Below, one piece after another: positions 27,549 to 40,085 of a stretch of DNA of 64,000 bases (positions within the stretch are counted from its first letter, which is position 1; each line of letters begins with the position of its first letter). The position numbers and the translations under genes were made by a program. Below the pieces are notes generated by a model. It was not told the origin of the DNA, ran no database searches, and saw nothing but the letters and a program-made list of their open reading frames with translations. The DNA is from Octopus sinensis (taxonomy: Eukaryota): NCBI RefSeq assembly GCF_006345805.1, contig NC_043015.1, positions 23,436,001 to 23,500,000 on the forward strand, written 5' to 3'.

Positions 27549-29331
27549 TATATATATATATACGTATGTACATCGAAATGTATATATATATATATATATA
27601 TATGCATGCATGCATAGATATATATCAATATATATAAGCTATGCACGTCATTTTGTGGCAGGATATGCCATACCCAGCTACTCTATCCGTTGCTCCTACA
27701 AGAATCATACTCGCAAAAGTAAAAATTTGCATAAAATGTTCGTTCCTATTTTAATGCTTGTATGAAAACAAAATAGCAATAAAAACAACACGATTATTCA
27801 AACTTTTTGTATATAAATGAATAGAAAGTAAGTGAATGCACTTTAAATCTCCATGAGATGATATCATTAACGTCATACTGTAGACTTTAACATGTCTAGA
27901 CAGGATTAATCGTAAAAGGTGGCGTGTAATAAAACATCAACGTGAAATATAGAACCAATATTTGAAAGTAAATGTCTATTTGTAAATATATAGAAGATAA
28001 TCGCAGACAGATTAGATCTAATCAGCTTTTATATTCCACGTTTTCCACAATTAATCTATGTTGCACGTTGTAAAATCAGCAATACTCTGAATATTATATT
28101 CAAGTCAACATTTATGTTTGCCATTTATTATAACAGGAACTGGAACGACTAAATATTTACGCCAATCTGCATAATGGAAATCGTATCAGCGCACTCAATT
28201 GCTTTTTCGATTGCATTTAATTTATATCTCAACATTTTTATTTGACTGATCGTTTATTTTGTTTAAGTGTTGTAAGTTTTTGAAAGTTACTTGTGTGTTT
28301 TTGTTAATCCGTGCTTGTGTTACAGATTCGATTCCCTGCGAGGTTATTTTCATTTCCGTTAGCATTCATAACGGCCATATTTGATCGTAACGCAAAAGGT
28401 TTTTTTTAAACAATTATTTCCGTCAAAGTGGATGCGCCGTTTCTTTGATAGAACGCTTCAAAACAGTTATCTTAAATCCTATATTCAATAATTCATCAAA
28501 ACCTCTTCTATTGTCTACCTCCCGGAGGGATATGTTCAAACGTCTAATAGTTGAAATTAGGTTAAGTTGTACTTAGCAACCGTAAAGTACATCATATATA
28601 GATTGGACACGGAATTAGTCATTTCAAATAATGTATTTAAATCAACGTAGAAAGTACTCCCACATCGTTTGAAATGCTAAAACAACACTCAATTTTATCA
28701 CGTCATACAGATACAATATTTAACAAGAATGTGTGGCGATTTAGATATACAAAACGGAAATCGTAGGGGTAGAATGTGTTTCATATGCCTGGTCAATTAA
28801 ATCTGACCACAGCTAAACTACAATAATAAAACTAATTTATAAGTACTTTTACTCTCCGCAACAAGCCTCCACACTAAATATCGAAAACCACAGCTTGTAA
28901 CTAATTATTCATTCTAATCAACGTTCATCAAGCCACCCACTTATGAATACATTAATTTTCTTTTCAGGTATGAAGCTTCTATGGCACCTTTATTTCATTA
29001 AAGAAGTAAATAATTAGCCAAAAAAATAATTTCTGTGTAATCGGTGCACCTGATAATAAAAGAAACCATTTCTTTCCAATACAACATTTTTCCGTATTAA
29101 AGCTTGCACGTACACACACACGTACACCACACGCAACCACACATACATATACACATACATTGTACATAAAAATATTGGTTAGATAAAGCGTGTAAAGTTA
29201 TAATGCTTTTATATCCGCTCGACAAAGTATTGTCTCATGTTATATAAAACATAACAGTAACGTGTGATTTAAATTTTGGCTACTAAATCTATCAGGAACA
29301 GCAACCATTTAAAACTCCTTTATAGTTTACC

Positions 29332-29367
<36 letters not shown>

Positions 29368-29368
<1 letters not shown>

Positions 29369-29663
29369 TATGTTTGACTTTTGCTTTATATTTGTACAAG
29401 TTGGCTCCAAGTCTCACCCAGAGACCTCAAGAGACAACAGGGTTGGAAGTTCATGTTGTTGTTATGCCTAGTGTGCCATATATTTGGGGGGTGGGGATGT
29501 TGTACTAATGAATGTCTAAAAAAAAAAATTTTTTTTTTTTTTTTTTTAAAGCGAAAATTATGGTTGTTTTAAACCTTGAGGTTACATAGAGAGTATTTTG
29601 CGTAGGATATGAGCAGTTCCCATGAGCACTATCTTTTGAACTTCTGCCATTTTTGGGTTTCCA

Positions 29664-29665
<2 letters not shown>
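29368..29665 (-). mobile_element. 3' fragment of an R4/Dong-like element (family shared with 61045-62145)
   Basis: Minus strand VQKIVLMGTAHILRKILSM. Its 3'UTR is shared with 61045-61200. (TTA)n on both sides. Confidence 0.65.
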
Positions 29666-29750
<85 letters not shown>

Positions 29751-29753
<3 letters not shown>

Positions 29754-30955
29754 TAGTTTTATTTTTATAGCGTGCTTTCACTTCACTACCGAGCGCAGCT
29801 CTGTGTGCCTTGGGTATGTGCTGTGATTTGTGATGCTCTGATGGTTATTGTATGGAAAGTGTTCTGCGTAGGATGTGTGCAGTGCCTAGTAGTGCAATTT
29901 TCTGTATGTTATATGTGTTTGTAAGTCCTGGTGTTTTTGTTATGTATTTGTCTGAATATTTTTTTATCATGCCTAATGCACCTACTATGATAGGAATTGT
30001 TTCTGTTTTCAAATTCCACATTCTAGTTTCCAGGTCTTTGTATTTTGAGAGTTTCTCCATTTCTTTTAGAGACACGTTGTCATCTGCCGGTATTGATACA
30101 TCAATTAGAAAGCATTTTTTTTCTTCATGATCTCTGACAACTATATCTGGTCTGTTGGCCTTAATTTCTCTATCTGTGTGTATCGGCATATCCCAGAGTA
30201 TGGTTGCTTTCTCGTTTTCTGTGACCTTTTCTGGTGTGTGCCTATACCATCTTTTTTCTGTTGTTATTCCATAATGTTGGCATAGCTTCCAATGTATGTA
30301 GGTTCCAACTCTGTCATGTCTGTGAATATATTTCTTCTTAGCCAGGACTGGGAAGCTAGAGATAATATGATTTATTGTTTCTTGTCCATCTCCACATATT
30401 CTGCAGTTACATGTAATATTTCTTTTCATTACATGTTTTTGGTAATTTCTGGTGGGGAGGCTTTGGTCTTGTGCTGCAATTAAAAATCTCTCTGTTTCTG
30501 CTTTGAGTCCTGAGCTTCTCAACCATTGCTGGGATTTTTCTTTGCTTATTTCTTTTGCGTTTAGTTTAGTCCAGTATTTACCATGAAGGGGCTTTTCTTG
30601 CCATCGTTTTATCATGGTTCGTTGCTGTTCTATTTTTAGTTTGGATTTCATTTGTTTTATAGCTTTTGTTGTTTCTTCATCTTCTTCTTCTTCTTTTCTT
30701 CTTCTTCTCTCTTCTTCTTCTTCTTCTTCTTCTTCTTCTTCTTCTTCTTCTTCTTCTTCTCTTCTTCTTCTTCTTCTTCTTCTTCTTCATGTTTATTAGG
30801 TGGTATGATTTCTTGTTTGTATTTGTCAGCTTCCTTAAATACTGAGAACAGTTTTTTTGTTTTGCTCGTGTTTTGCCGCTATCTGGATCAGTTTTCCTTC
30901 CTTCTGAAGTAGATATTTTTGCAGTCCTATGGTGGTTATTTTATAGTAGTTTTCC
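29751..30955 (-). mobile_element. 5'-truncated R4/Dong-like element (restriction-like endonuclease domain)
   Basis: 268-aa ORF 29845-30651 with KPLHGKY, CRIC...ETINHIISS, RHD, RPDIV...D and GALG. Both ends in (TTA)n. Confidence 0.85.
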
Positions 30956-30958
30956 AGC

Positions 30959-31014
<56 letters not shown>

Positions 31015-31193
31015 TATTATTATCATTATTGTAATTATTATTATTATTATTATTATCATTATTATTATTATTATAATTATCATTATCATTATCATTATCA
31101 TTATCATCATCATCATCATCATCCTCATCACCATCGTCATCATCATCATCATCATCATTATCATCGTCATCGTCATCATCATCATCATCGTCG

Positions 31194-31239
<46 letters not shown>

Positions 31240-31249
31240 TATGATTATC

Positions 31250-33822
31250 ATGTGTTTTTCTTCTTTCAAATTTGCTACCATTTCTTGCCAAGTGTATTCC
31301 CGACTCCTAGGGCAAAGAAACTCATAGTATACATTGGTAGGCCATTAAACTAAACTCACTAATTCGTTCGTTTTTTTTAGAAATAAAGTTAAATTAGAAT
31401 ACATGGGTAGTAATAGTTCTCACATCGACAATGCTCTTCCCAATACCTGTGATGTACCAGTTAAGAAAATCTTTTGCACTTCTTGCAGGGATGGTAAGCC
31501 AGGGATCATTCTCATATAATTTTCGGTTCCCTTATTGATCATTCCTAGTGCTCCTACGATCACTGGTATTGTAACCGCCTTGAGATGCCACATTTTCTCA
31601 ATTTCAATGAGTAGGTCTTTATATTTTCTGAGCTTGTCAAACTCTTTCGCTGAGATATTATGATCACAGGGGATGCTCATGTCGATCAATAGGCAAACTT
31701 CATTGTTTTGGTCTTTCACAACAATATCCGGTTTATTGGCTTTGATGGTTCGGTCTGTATGTACTGGAAAGTCCCACAGAATCGTTACATTTTCTCCTTC
31801 AGTTACAGCTTCAGGGTGGTGATTATACAACATGTCGGCAGTTTTGATAGTGTAATGCCGACTTATTAGCCAGAGTAAATATTGGCCAACTCTGTCATGT
31901 CTTAATTTATACTCCACTGGTGCTAAGACTTTACATCCAGAAATGAGGTGGTCCACTGTTTCAATCATGTCGTTGCAGAATCGGCATTTTGGGTCTGCTC
32001 CATTTTTCATCACATAGGCCTGGTAGTTCCGGGTTAATAGGCTTTGATCTTGAGCAGCCAGGATGAAACCTTCGCTCTCTGCTTTTAGCCCTGAGCTCCG
32101 TAGCCACTGATGGGTTTGCTTCTGGTCAACATCAGCTTGTTTGCTACGGGCCACATATTTGCCGTGCAGAGGTTTCTCCTCCCACCTATCAGCCAATTGC
32201 TCGTGCGCTTTTTTCTTTGCCATTATTTTCACCTTCTTTGCAACAATAGTTGCCGTATTTCCCTCGGGTTGTTCAGTTTGGGTATCCTGCACGAGATCAT
32301 TAGCAAATGTTTTGCTTTCCTTTATGATAGAATGAAGCTTCTTTCGTCTCTCGTGATTTTCCACGAGCTTTAGCATCCAGTCATTCGTTATTTCAAGATA
32401 TTTGGCCAGTCCAATTGTGGTTGTTTTGTAAGCTAGTTCAAATTGGATCAGGCCTCGACCTCCTTGGACTCTGAGTAGGTAAAGGCGATATACGACTGCA
32501 TTGGGTGGTGCATCCTATTACAAACTCCAGCTTGCGTATTTTCCTATCTATTTTCTTTACTTCACTCATATTCCGTTCAATACATTGTAGCTATAAGTAA
32601 CAACTGGAACTGCTAAGGAATTTATAGCTAACACCTTGTTACGTGCATTTAGTTCAGATTTCAGACTGCTCGAACAATCTCCTATAACATTCCCTCCTCC
32701 TGATCTTCGCTTCATGCTTCATGCTGAATACCAGAGCCTTCATTTATCCCTAAATATTTGTAGGTTTGTTCTTGCTCAAGCTCTCTTATGACTGTGTCAA
32801 CATCTAACACGACTGAATTTGTGGTCTTCACTTTCCCTTTCTGGAAAGTGACCTTGGCACACTTCTCAAGCCCAAACACTATCCCGTTGTCATCACTGAA
32901 TGCTTTCACAGTGCGCAATAGACCTTCAAGATTATTATCGTCTTTACCATAGAGTTTTAAGTCATCCGTATAAAATAGATGGCTTTTTTTTTATTGACAA
33001 TTTTATACCCATACCCTGTTCTGTTTAATTCACTTGTAAGGGGTATTAGGGCTATGCAGAATATTAGAGGTGGAAGTGAGTCACCTTGAAAAATTCCACA
33101 GTTGATCTTTATATTCTCTGAGGCAAGTATCCATTAAAGTGGTATAATTGGAGATTCGTATTCCACAACGACATATTATGCTTCAGGAAGCTTGAAATCT
33201 CTGGGGAAATTTTGAAGATGTCCAGCGATTTCAAGATATATATGAATGCGGTATACTGTCGAAGGCCTTTTTATAGTCAATTCAGCGGAGCTGAGATTTC
33301 TGCGCTTGTGTGACAGTTCTCAAGGATCATACGACTAATTAGCATTGATCTTTGCATCCGTATGAGCCTCGGCGCACCCTTTTTTCAATGGGGAAAATAT
33401 CGTTCTTCTCCATGAATGCATATGTTTTCTCCGCCAGGATAGATGTTAGGATTTTATACGTGGTGGATAAACAGGTTATAGGCTGATAGTTTTTTGGGTG
33501 TTTGGTTTCGTTATTCTTTGGGAGTAGGTAAGTAATACCACTTGCTAATCATTCAGGTGTTTTCACTTTGGGTCGCTCATAATTCCATTGAGCAGCTGAA
33601 TTAGCTTACCGTGTGCACATGGGAGCGATGAGAGCCAGAAATTCGGCACCCTATTTTTACCGGGGGATTTCCAATTATGGGCCTTCGTGAGTGCCTTTCT
33701 TAGGTCTGCTATTGTGATGTCTTCCCATGCTTGTTGTTGTAAATTTTGGTAGGATCCTTCAGTTTGTATAATCCAGTCTGCATTTATGTTGTACATCTCG
33801 TTACTCCAAATCCTTTTCCAAA
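31250..33822 (-). mobile_element. 3' half of an R4/Dong-like element (RT plus REL endonuclease), disrupted
   Basis: NWKSPG..V.NFW, GIFQGDSL, HLFYTDDLKLY, YKYLG. The 318-aa ORF has CRFC..HLISGC, RHD and KPDIV..D. 3'UTR runs into (CAT/TAT)n. Confidence 0.9.
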
Positions 33823-36800
33823 TCGCTTTCTCCCGTTCGGCCACGCCCGCGGGTCCGTTAGCGGCAGGCCTGCGCCTGTCGCCCGTTCCTCCGCCGCGCT
33901 ACCGTGCCCGAAATCGAAAGAACGAACCCAAGCCCGCGGTGCGGCCCACGGACGCGTGGACGTAGCCGCCACCGATGCCGGAAGGCGTTCACGAGATACT
34001 CACGCGGTCGATACGGAGACGCGGTCCGTCCCGTAAAATCCCGAAGGATGACAAACTGCGGCTAGCACGAGGTGGCGGCGGGAGGCCTGCGCCGGTCGCC
34101 CGATGCTCCGCCGCCCAGACGTGACCGAAATCGAAAGCACGAACCCAAGCTCGCGTCGTTGCCCACGTACGCGTGGACGCAGCCGCCAGCGATGCCGATG
34201 TTGCGAGGTACGGGCGTTCGATACGGCGACGCGGGCCGTCTCGTAAATTCCCGAAAGATGGACAAACTGCGGCCGCCTTCGCCCGCGCCTCCGCGGCGCT
34301 ACCGCGAGGCTGAAATTCGGCTTGAGCGAAGCTTGCGCTCTCGCCCACGTACACGTGGACGTAGGCGCGATCGATGCCGTCAGTCGCCGGGAGTGCGTGG
34401 CGACATGCACCGGGTAAAAACAGCGACGTGGTCCGACCCGTGAGCTAAGGAGGTGCTCGGACCGTAAGCAAACGGATCGACCCCGGCTGGATAGTCACGC
34501 CTCTAGGTGACCGTCGCACCCCAAGGGGGTCAAGACTATATTGAGGGCTTGCAGTCGGCAGGTTTCATGCCTCGGGGACCGTTCGGCAGGATGCCAGAGA
34601 CGTCAGCCTGCGACGCCGTCAGCCCGGCGGGTGGCCGCCGCCTTCGCGCCGCCTCGCTTTCTCCCGTTCGTCCGCGAGCCGCGGGGCCGTTACCGGCAGA
34701 CCCGCGCCGGTCGCCCGTTCCTCCGCCGCGCTACCGTGCCCGAAACCGAAAGAACGAACCCACGCTCGCGGTACGGCCCACGGACGCGTGGACGTAGCCG
34801 CCACCGATGTCGGAAGGGCGTTTACGAGATGCACGCCGTCGATACGGCGACGCGATCCGTCCCGTAAAAACCCGAAAGATGGCAAACTGCGGCTAGCACG
34901 GTCGCCCGTTGCTCCGCCGCCCTAACGTGCCCGAAATCGAAAGAACGAACTTGAGCGTGCGGTCTCGCCCACGTACGCGTGGACGTAGCCGCGACCGATG
35001 TCGCGAGGTGCGGGCGTTCGATGCGGCGACGCGGTCCGTCCCGTAAATTCCCGAAAGATGACAAACTGCGGCCGGTGCAGGCAACGGCCGATAGCGGCGG
35101 CCATGCGCCCGCCTTCTACCGCCTTCGTCCGCAGCTCCGCCGCGCGACCGCGAGGTTCAAGCGGGGGGACTCGAGCGAAACCTGCGCTCTCGCCCACGTA
35201 CACGTGGACGTAGGCGCGATCGATGCCGTCAGTCGCCGGGAATGCGTGGCGATATGCACCGGGCAAAAACAGCGACGTGGTCCGACCCGTGAGTTACGGA
35301 GGTGCTCGGACCGTAAGCAAACGGATCGGCCCCGGCTGGATAGTCACGCCTCTAGGTGACCGTCGCACCCCAAGGGGGTCAAGACTATATTGAGGGCTTG
35401 CAGTCGGCAGGTTTCATGCCTCGGGGACCGTTCGGCAGGATGTTTTAGACGTCAGCCTACGACGCCGTCTACCCGGCGGGCCGCCGCCGCCTTCGCGCCG
35501 CCGCCTTCGCGCCGCCGCCTTCGCGCCGCCTCGCTTTCTCCCGTTCCTCCACGCCCCGCGGGGCCGTTAGCGGCAGGCCTGCGCCTGTCGCCCGTTGCTC
35601 CGCCGCGCTACCGTGCCCGAAATCGAAAGAACGAACCCAAGCCCGCGGTGCGGCCCACGGACGCGTGGACGTAGCCGCCAGCGATGCCGGAAGGCGTTCA
35701 CCAGATGCACGCGCTCGATACGGCGACGCGGTCCGTCCCGTAAAATCCCGAAAGATGACAAACTGCGGCTAGCGCGATGTAGCGGCAGGCCTGCGCAAGG
35801 CCTGCGCCGGTCGCCCGCGTCTCCGCCGCCGAACCGTGCGTGGAATCGAAAGCACGAAACTAAGCGGGCGGTGTCGGCCACGTACGCGTGGACCTAGCCG
35901 CGACCGATGTTGCGAGGTACACGGGCGTTCGATACGGCGACGTGGTCCGTCTCGTAAATTCCCGAAAGATGACAAACTGCGGCCGGAGCCGGTAGCGGCG
36001 TGCCTTCGTCCGCGCCTCCGCCGCGCTACCGCGAGGCCGAAGCGGAGATTGAGCGAAGCTGGCGCTCTCGCCCACGTACACGTGGACGTAGGCGCGATCG
36101 ATGCCGTCAGTCGCCGGGAGTGCGTGGCGATATGCACCGGGTAAAAACAGCGACGTGGTCCGACCCGTGAGTTAAGGAGGTGCTCGGACCGTAAGCAAAC
36201 GGATCGGCCCCGGCTGGATAGTCACGCCTCTAGGTGACCGTCGCACCCCAAGGGGGTCAAGACTATATTGGGGGCTTGCAGTCGGCAGGTTTCATGTCTC
36301 GGGGACCGTTCGGCAGGACGCCAGAGACGTCAGCCTGCGACGCCGTCAGCCCGGCGGGTGGCCGCCGCCTCGCTTTCTCCCGTTCGTCCGCGAGCCGCGG
36401 GGCCGTTAGCGGCAGGCCCGCGCCGGTCGCCCGTTCCTCCGCCGCGTTACCGTGCCCGAAACCGAAAGAACGAACCCACGCTCGCGGTTCGGCCCACGGA
36501 CGCGTGGACGTAGCCGCCACCGATGTTGGAAGGGCGTTCACGAGATGCACGCCGTCGATACGGCGACGCGGTCCGTCCCGTAAAAACCCGAAAGATGGCA
36601 AACTGCGGCTAGCACGGTCGCCCGTTGCTCCGCCGCCCTAGCGTGCCCGAAATCGAAAGAACGAACTTGAGCGTGCGGTCTCGCCCACATACGCGTGGAC
36701 GTAGCCGCGACCGATGCCGGAAGGGCGTTCACGAGATGCACGCCGTCGATACGGCGACGTGGTGCGTCCCGTGAAAACACGAAAGATGGCAAACTGCGGC

Positions 36801-38471
36801 TAGCACGGTCGCCCGTTGCTCCGCCGCCCAGACGTGCCCGAAATCCAAAGAGCGAACCTAAGCTCGCGGTGCGACCCCAGTAAGCGTGGACGTAGCCGCG
36901 ACCGACGTCGCGACGTGCGGGCGTTCGACGCGATCCGTCCCGTAAATTCCCGAAAGATGACAAAGTGCGGCCGGTGCAGGCAACGGCCGATTGCGGCCGG
37001 CATGCGCCCGCCTTCTACCGCCTTCGCCCGCGCATCCGCCGCGCTACAGAGAGGCTCGACTGGGACTCGAGCGAAGCTCGCGCTCTCGCCCGCGTACACG
37101 TGGACGTAGGCGCGATCGATGCCGTCAGTCGCCGGGAGTGCGTGGCGATATGCACCGGGTAAAGACAGCGACGTCGTCCGACCCGTGAGTTAAGGAGGTG
37201 CTCGGACCGTAAGCAAACGGATCGGCCCCGGCTGGATAGTCACGCCTCTAGGTGACCGTCGCACCCCAAGGGGGTCAAGACTATATTGAGGGCTTGCAGT
37301 CGGCAGGTTTCATGCCTCGGGGACCGTTCGGCAGGATGCCAGAGACGTCAGCCTGCGACGCCGTCAGCCCGGCGGGTGACCGCCGCCTTCGCGCCGCCTC
37401 GCTTTCTCCCGTTCGTCCGCGAGCCGCGGGGCCGTTAGCGGCAGGCCCGCGCCGGTCGCCCGTTCCTCCCGCGCTACCGTGCCCGAACCGAAAGAACGAA
37501 CCCCACCTCGCGGTACGGCCACGGACGCGTGGACGTAGCCGCGACCAATGCTGGAAGGCGTTCACGAGATGCACGCCGTCGATACGGCGACGCGGTCCGT
37601 CCCGTAAAAACCCGAAAGATGGCAAACTGCGGCTAGCACGGTCGCCCGTTGCTCCGCCGCCCAGACGTGCCCGAAATTCGAAAGAACGAACCTAAGCTCG
37701 CGGTGCGACCCCCGTACGCGTGGACGTAGCCGCCACCGATTCCGGAAGGCGTTCACGAGATGCACGCCGTCGATACGGCGACGCGGTCCGTCCCGTAAAA
37801 ACCCGAAAGATGGCAAACTGCGGCTAGCACGGTCGCCCGTTGCTCCGCCGCCCAGACGTGCCCGAAATTCGAAAGAACGAACCTAAGCTCGCGGTGCGAC
37901 CCCCGTTCGCGTGGACGTAGCCCCCACCGGTGCCGAAAGGCGTTCACGAGATACCGGCGCTCGATAGGAGTACGTGGTCCGTCCCGTAAAATCCCGAAAG
38001 ATGACAAACTGCGGCTAGCACGAGGTAGCGGCGGAAGGCGTGCGCCGGTCGCCCGCGTCTCCGCCGCCGCCCTACCGTGCGTGAAATCGAAAGCACGAAC
38101 TCGAGCGTGCGGTCTCGCCCGCGTACGCGTGGACGTAGCCGCGACCGATGTCGCGACGTGCGGGCGTTCGATGCGGCGACGCGGTCCGTCCCGTAAATTC
38201 CCCGAAAGATGACAAAGTGAGGCCGGTGCAGGCAACGGCCGATTGCGGCGGGCATTCGCCCGCTTTCTACCGCCTTCGCCCGCAGCTCCGCCGCGCTACC
38301 GCGAGGCTCGATTGGGACTCGAGCGAAACTCGCGCTCTCGCCCACGTGCACGTGGACGTAGGCGCGATCGATGCCGTGAGCAAGGAGGTGCTCGGACCGT
38401 AAGCAAACGGAGCGGCCCCGGCTGGATAGTCACGCCTCTAGGTGACCGTCGCACCCCAAGGGGGTCCAGAC
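33823..38471 (+). repeat. rDNA intergenic spacer: ~190-bp subrepeats grouped in 0.85-1.2-kb units each ending in a promoter-like block
   Basis: Recurrent ACGCGTGGACGTAGCCGC and GGTCCGTCCCGTAAA.CCCGAAAGATG.CAAACTGCGGC. GC-rich, directly upstream of ETS/18S. Confidence 0.85.
34447..37292 (+). promoter_or_regulatory. Four duplicated (spacer) RNA polymerase I promoter-like blocks
   Basis: ~100-bp block GGAGGTGCTCGGACCGTAAGCAAACGG...CCCCAAGGGGGTCAAGACTATATTG(A/G)GGG, with the TATATTG.GGG motif at 34537, 35386, 36264 and 37282. Confidence 0.65.
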
Positions 38472-38483
38472 TGATATGTAGGG
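38382..38483 (+). promoter_or_regulatory. Putative pre-rRNA gene promoter / transcription start
   Basis: Fifth and last copy of the block, ending GACTGATATGTAGGG, after which the sequence departs from the subrepeats into unique ETS. Confidence 0.6.
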
Positions 38484-40085
38484 TTGTGGTTGATCGGCAT
38501 AGGTTAGCGTCTCGGAAGGATGTCCACGTAGCTCCTTTTCTGATGACGGTTAGCTCCCCGTTTGCCGGTGCAAGATCGATTCTACACGGCCGGCGCGTCC
38601 TCGAATTTCCGCCGCCGAACCGCCCGCCTTTCAGACGCTGCGTTCGCCCGCCCGTTGACGCCCGCGTTTGCCCGCCTTCGCCCGCCTTCGCCCGTCTTCG
38701 CCCGCCTTCGCCCGCCTTTTGAAGCTCGCCTTCGTCCGCCTTCGCCCGCCTCTGGACGTCCGCTTCTTCACGCCCGCCTATTAGACGCTGCGTTCTACCC
38801 GCATCTTTCGACGCACGCCTTCGCCCGCCTTTCAGACGCCGCTGCGTTCGCCCGACCCTTTCGACGCACGCGTTTGCCTGCCCGCCCGCCCGCCCGCCTT
38901 CCTTCCTTCGCTCGCCCGCCGGCAACCGCCGAACGACATAGGTGGACCGCCTTCCTTCCTTCGCTCGCCCGGCGGCAACGGCCGAACGACATAGGTGGAC
39001 CGCCTGGAAGGGATGTTGTCGGCGCTCCTTTCTGCCAACGGTTGGCTCCCTTATTGCCGGTGCAAGGTCGACTCTACACGGCTGGTGCGTCCTCGAATGT
39101 CTGCCGCCGCCGCCGCCACACCGCCCGCCTTTTAGACGCGCTCCCTCGACGCCCGCGTCTGCCCGCCTCTTCACGCTCGCCGGTTCGTCCTCCCGCAATC
39201 GAATCGCTTCTCGTTACCGCGCTTTCTTTTTTTCTTTTCTTCCTTCCGACCCCCGGCCTCGTCTTCGCCGCCGAGGACCCGGTCAGGTTACGCCGCTGAC
39301 CTCGTGTCGCGTCGCCGTCGGCGCGGCGGACGGGCTAGCCGTCGCTTCCCGTTCCGCCACAGGCGACGCGGCGTCTCCGAAAGAGTGCGGTGCCGTGTCC
39401 GTCCCTTCTTCCCTGGACGGAACCGTGGCTTCAACTCCGGGTTTCGCTGCCTCGTAGCGTTTCTGCAGCTTTTTCTTTCCCTTCCCGGCATCACCCCGCC
39501 TTGGCGCGCGTCGTTTTCGTGCGACCACCGTCATGGCACTCGCTCGTTGACCGCAGTCCGGACGCAGTTCGTCGCAGCCGTTTCGAAAGGATCGGGTGGA
39601 GGAAGCGACGACGACGACGACCACCGACGCGTAGGGCGCCGGGCGAGTCTAGAAGCTGCAGCGGGCCCGCGCCAATCGCCGCTGCCCCTCTCGTCTGCCG
39701 ACCTAGTCGCTGGCCTTCTTCGCCTTCTCCTCTCTTCCCTCTTCCGCCCGGAACCGGCCCCCACTTCGAATCGACCCGCACCGGAGCCCGTCCGCAGCGG
39801 CCCCGGTGTGCGGCAGTCGGATCGCAAACCGTTTCTTGTATCGCGAACGCTTCTTCGCGCGTCGACCCGTGTTGTTTTCGCCTCTTCTCCTCCTCTTCCT
39901 CCTCCGGGACGACGAGGAGGAGCTGGCGCGCGCGTATACGAACGGCGGCCGAACTCGCGAGCGCCCTCGCGCCTCTCTGTTTTCGGCCCCTCCGATTCCT
40001 TTCGTTCTCGTTTCCGATCGGCGGCTGCTTCCCGAGCTTCCGCCGCCGCCGCGCGCTTCGTTCTCTCGAAACGTAACGTCGGTGA
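38484..40085 (+). other. 5' external transcribed spacer (~1.6 kb)
   Basis: GC-rich sequence between the last promoter block and the 18S start, with internal short repeats. Confidence 0.65.

Noticed and set aside
33823-38471. Regularly recurring motifs resembling a CRISPR array
   Set aside because: The intervening sequences are themselves repeats, the context is eukaryotic rDNA IGS, and there are no cas genes.
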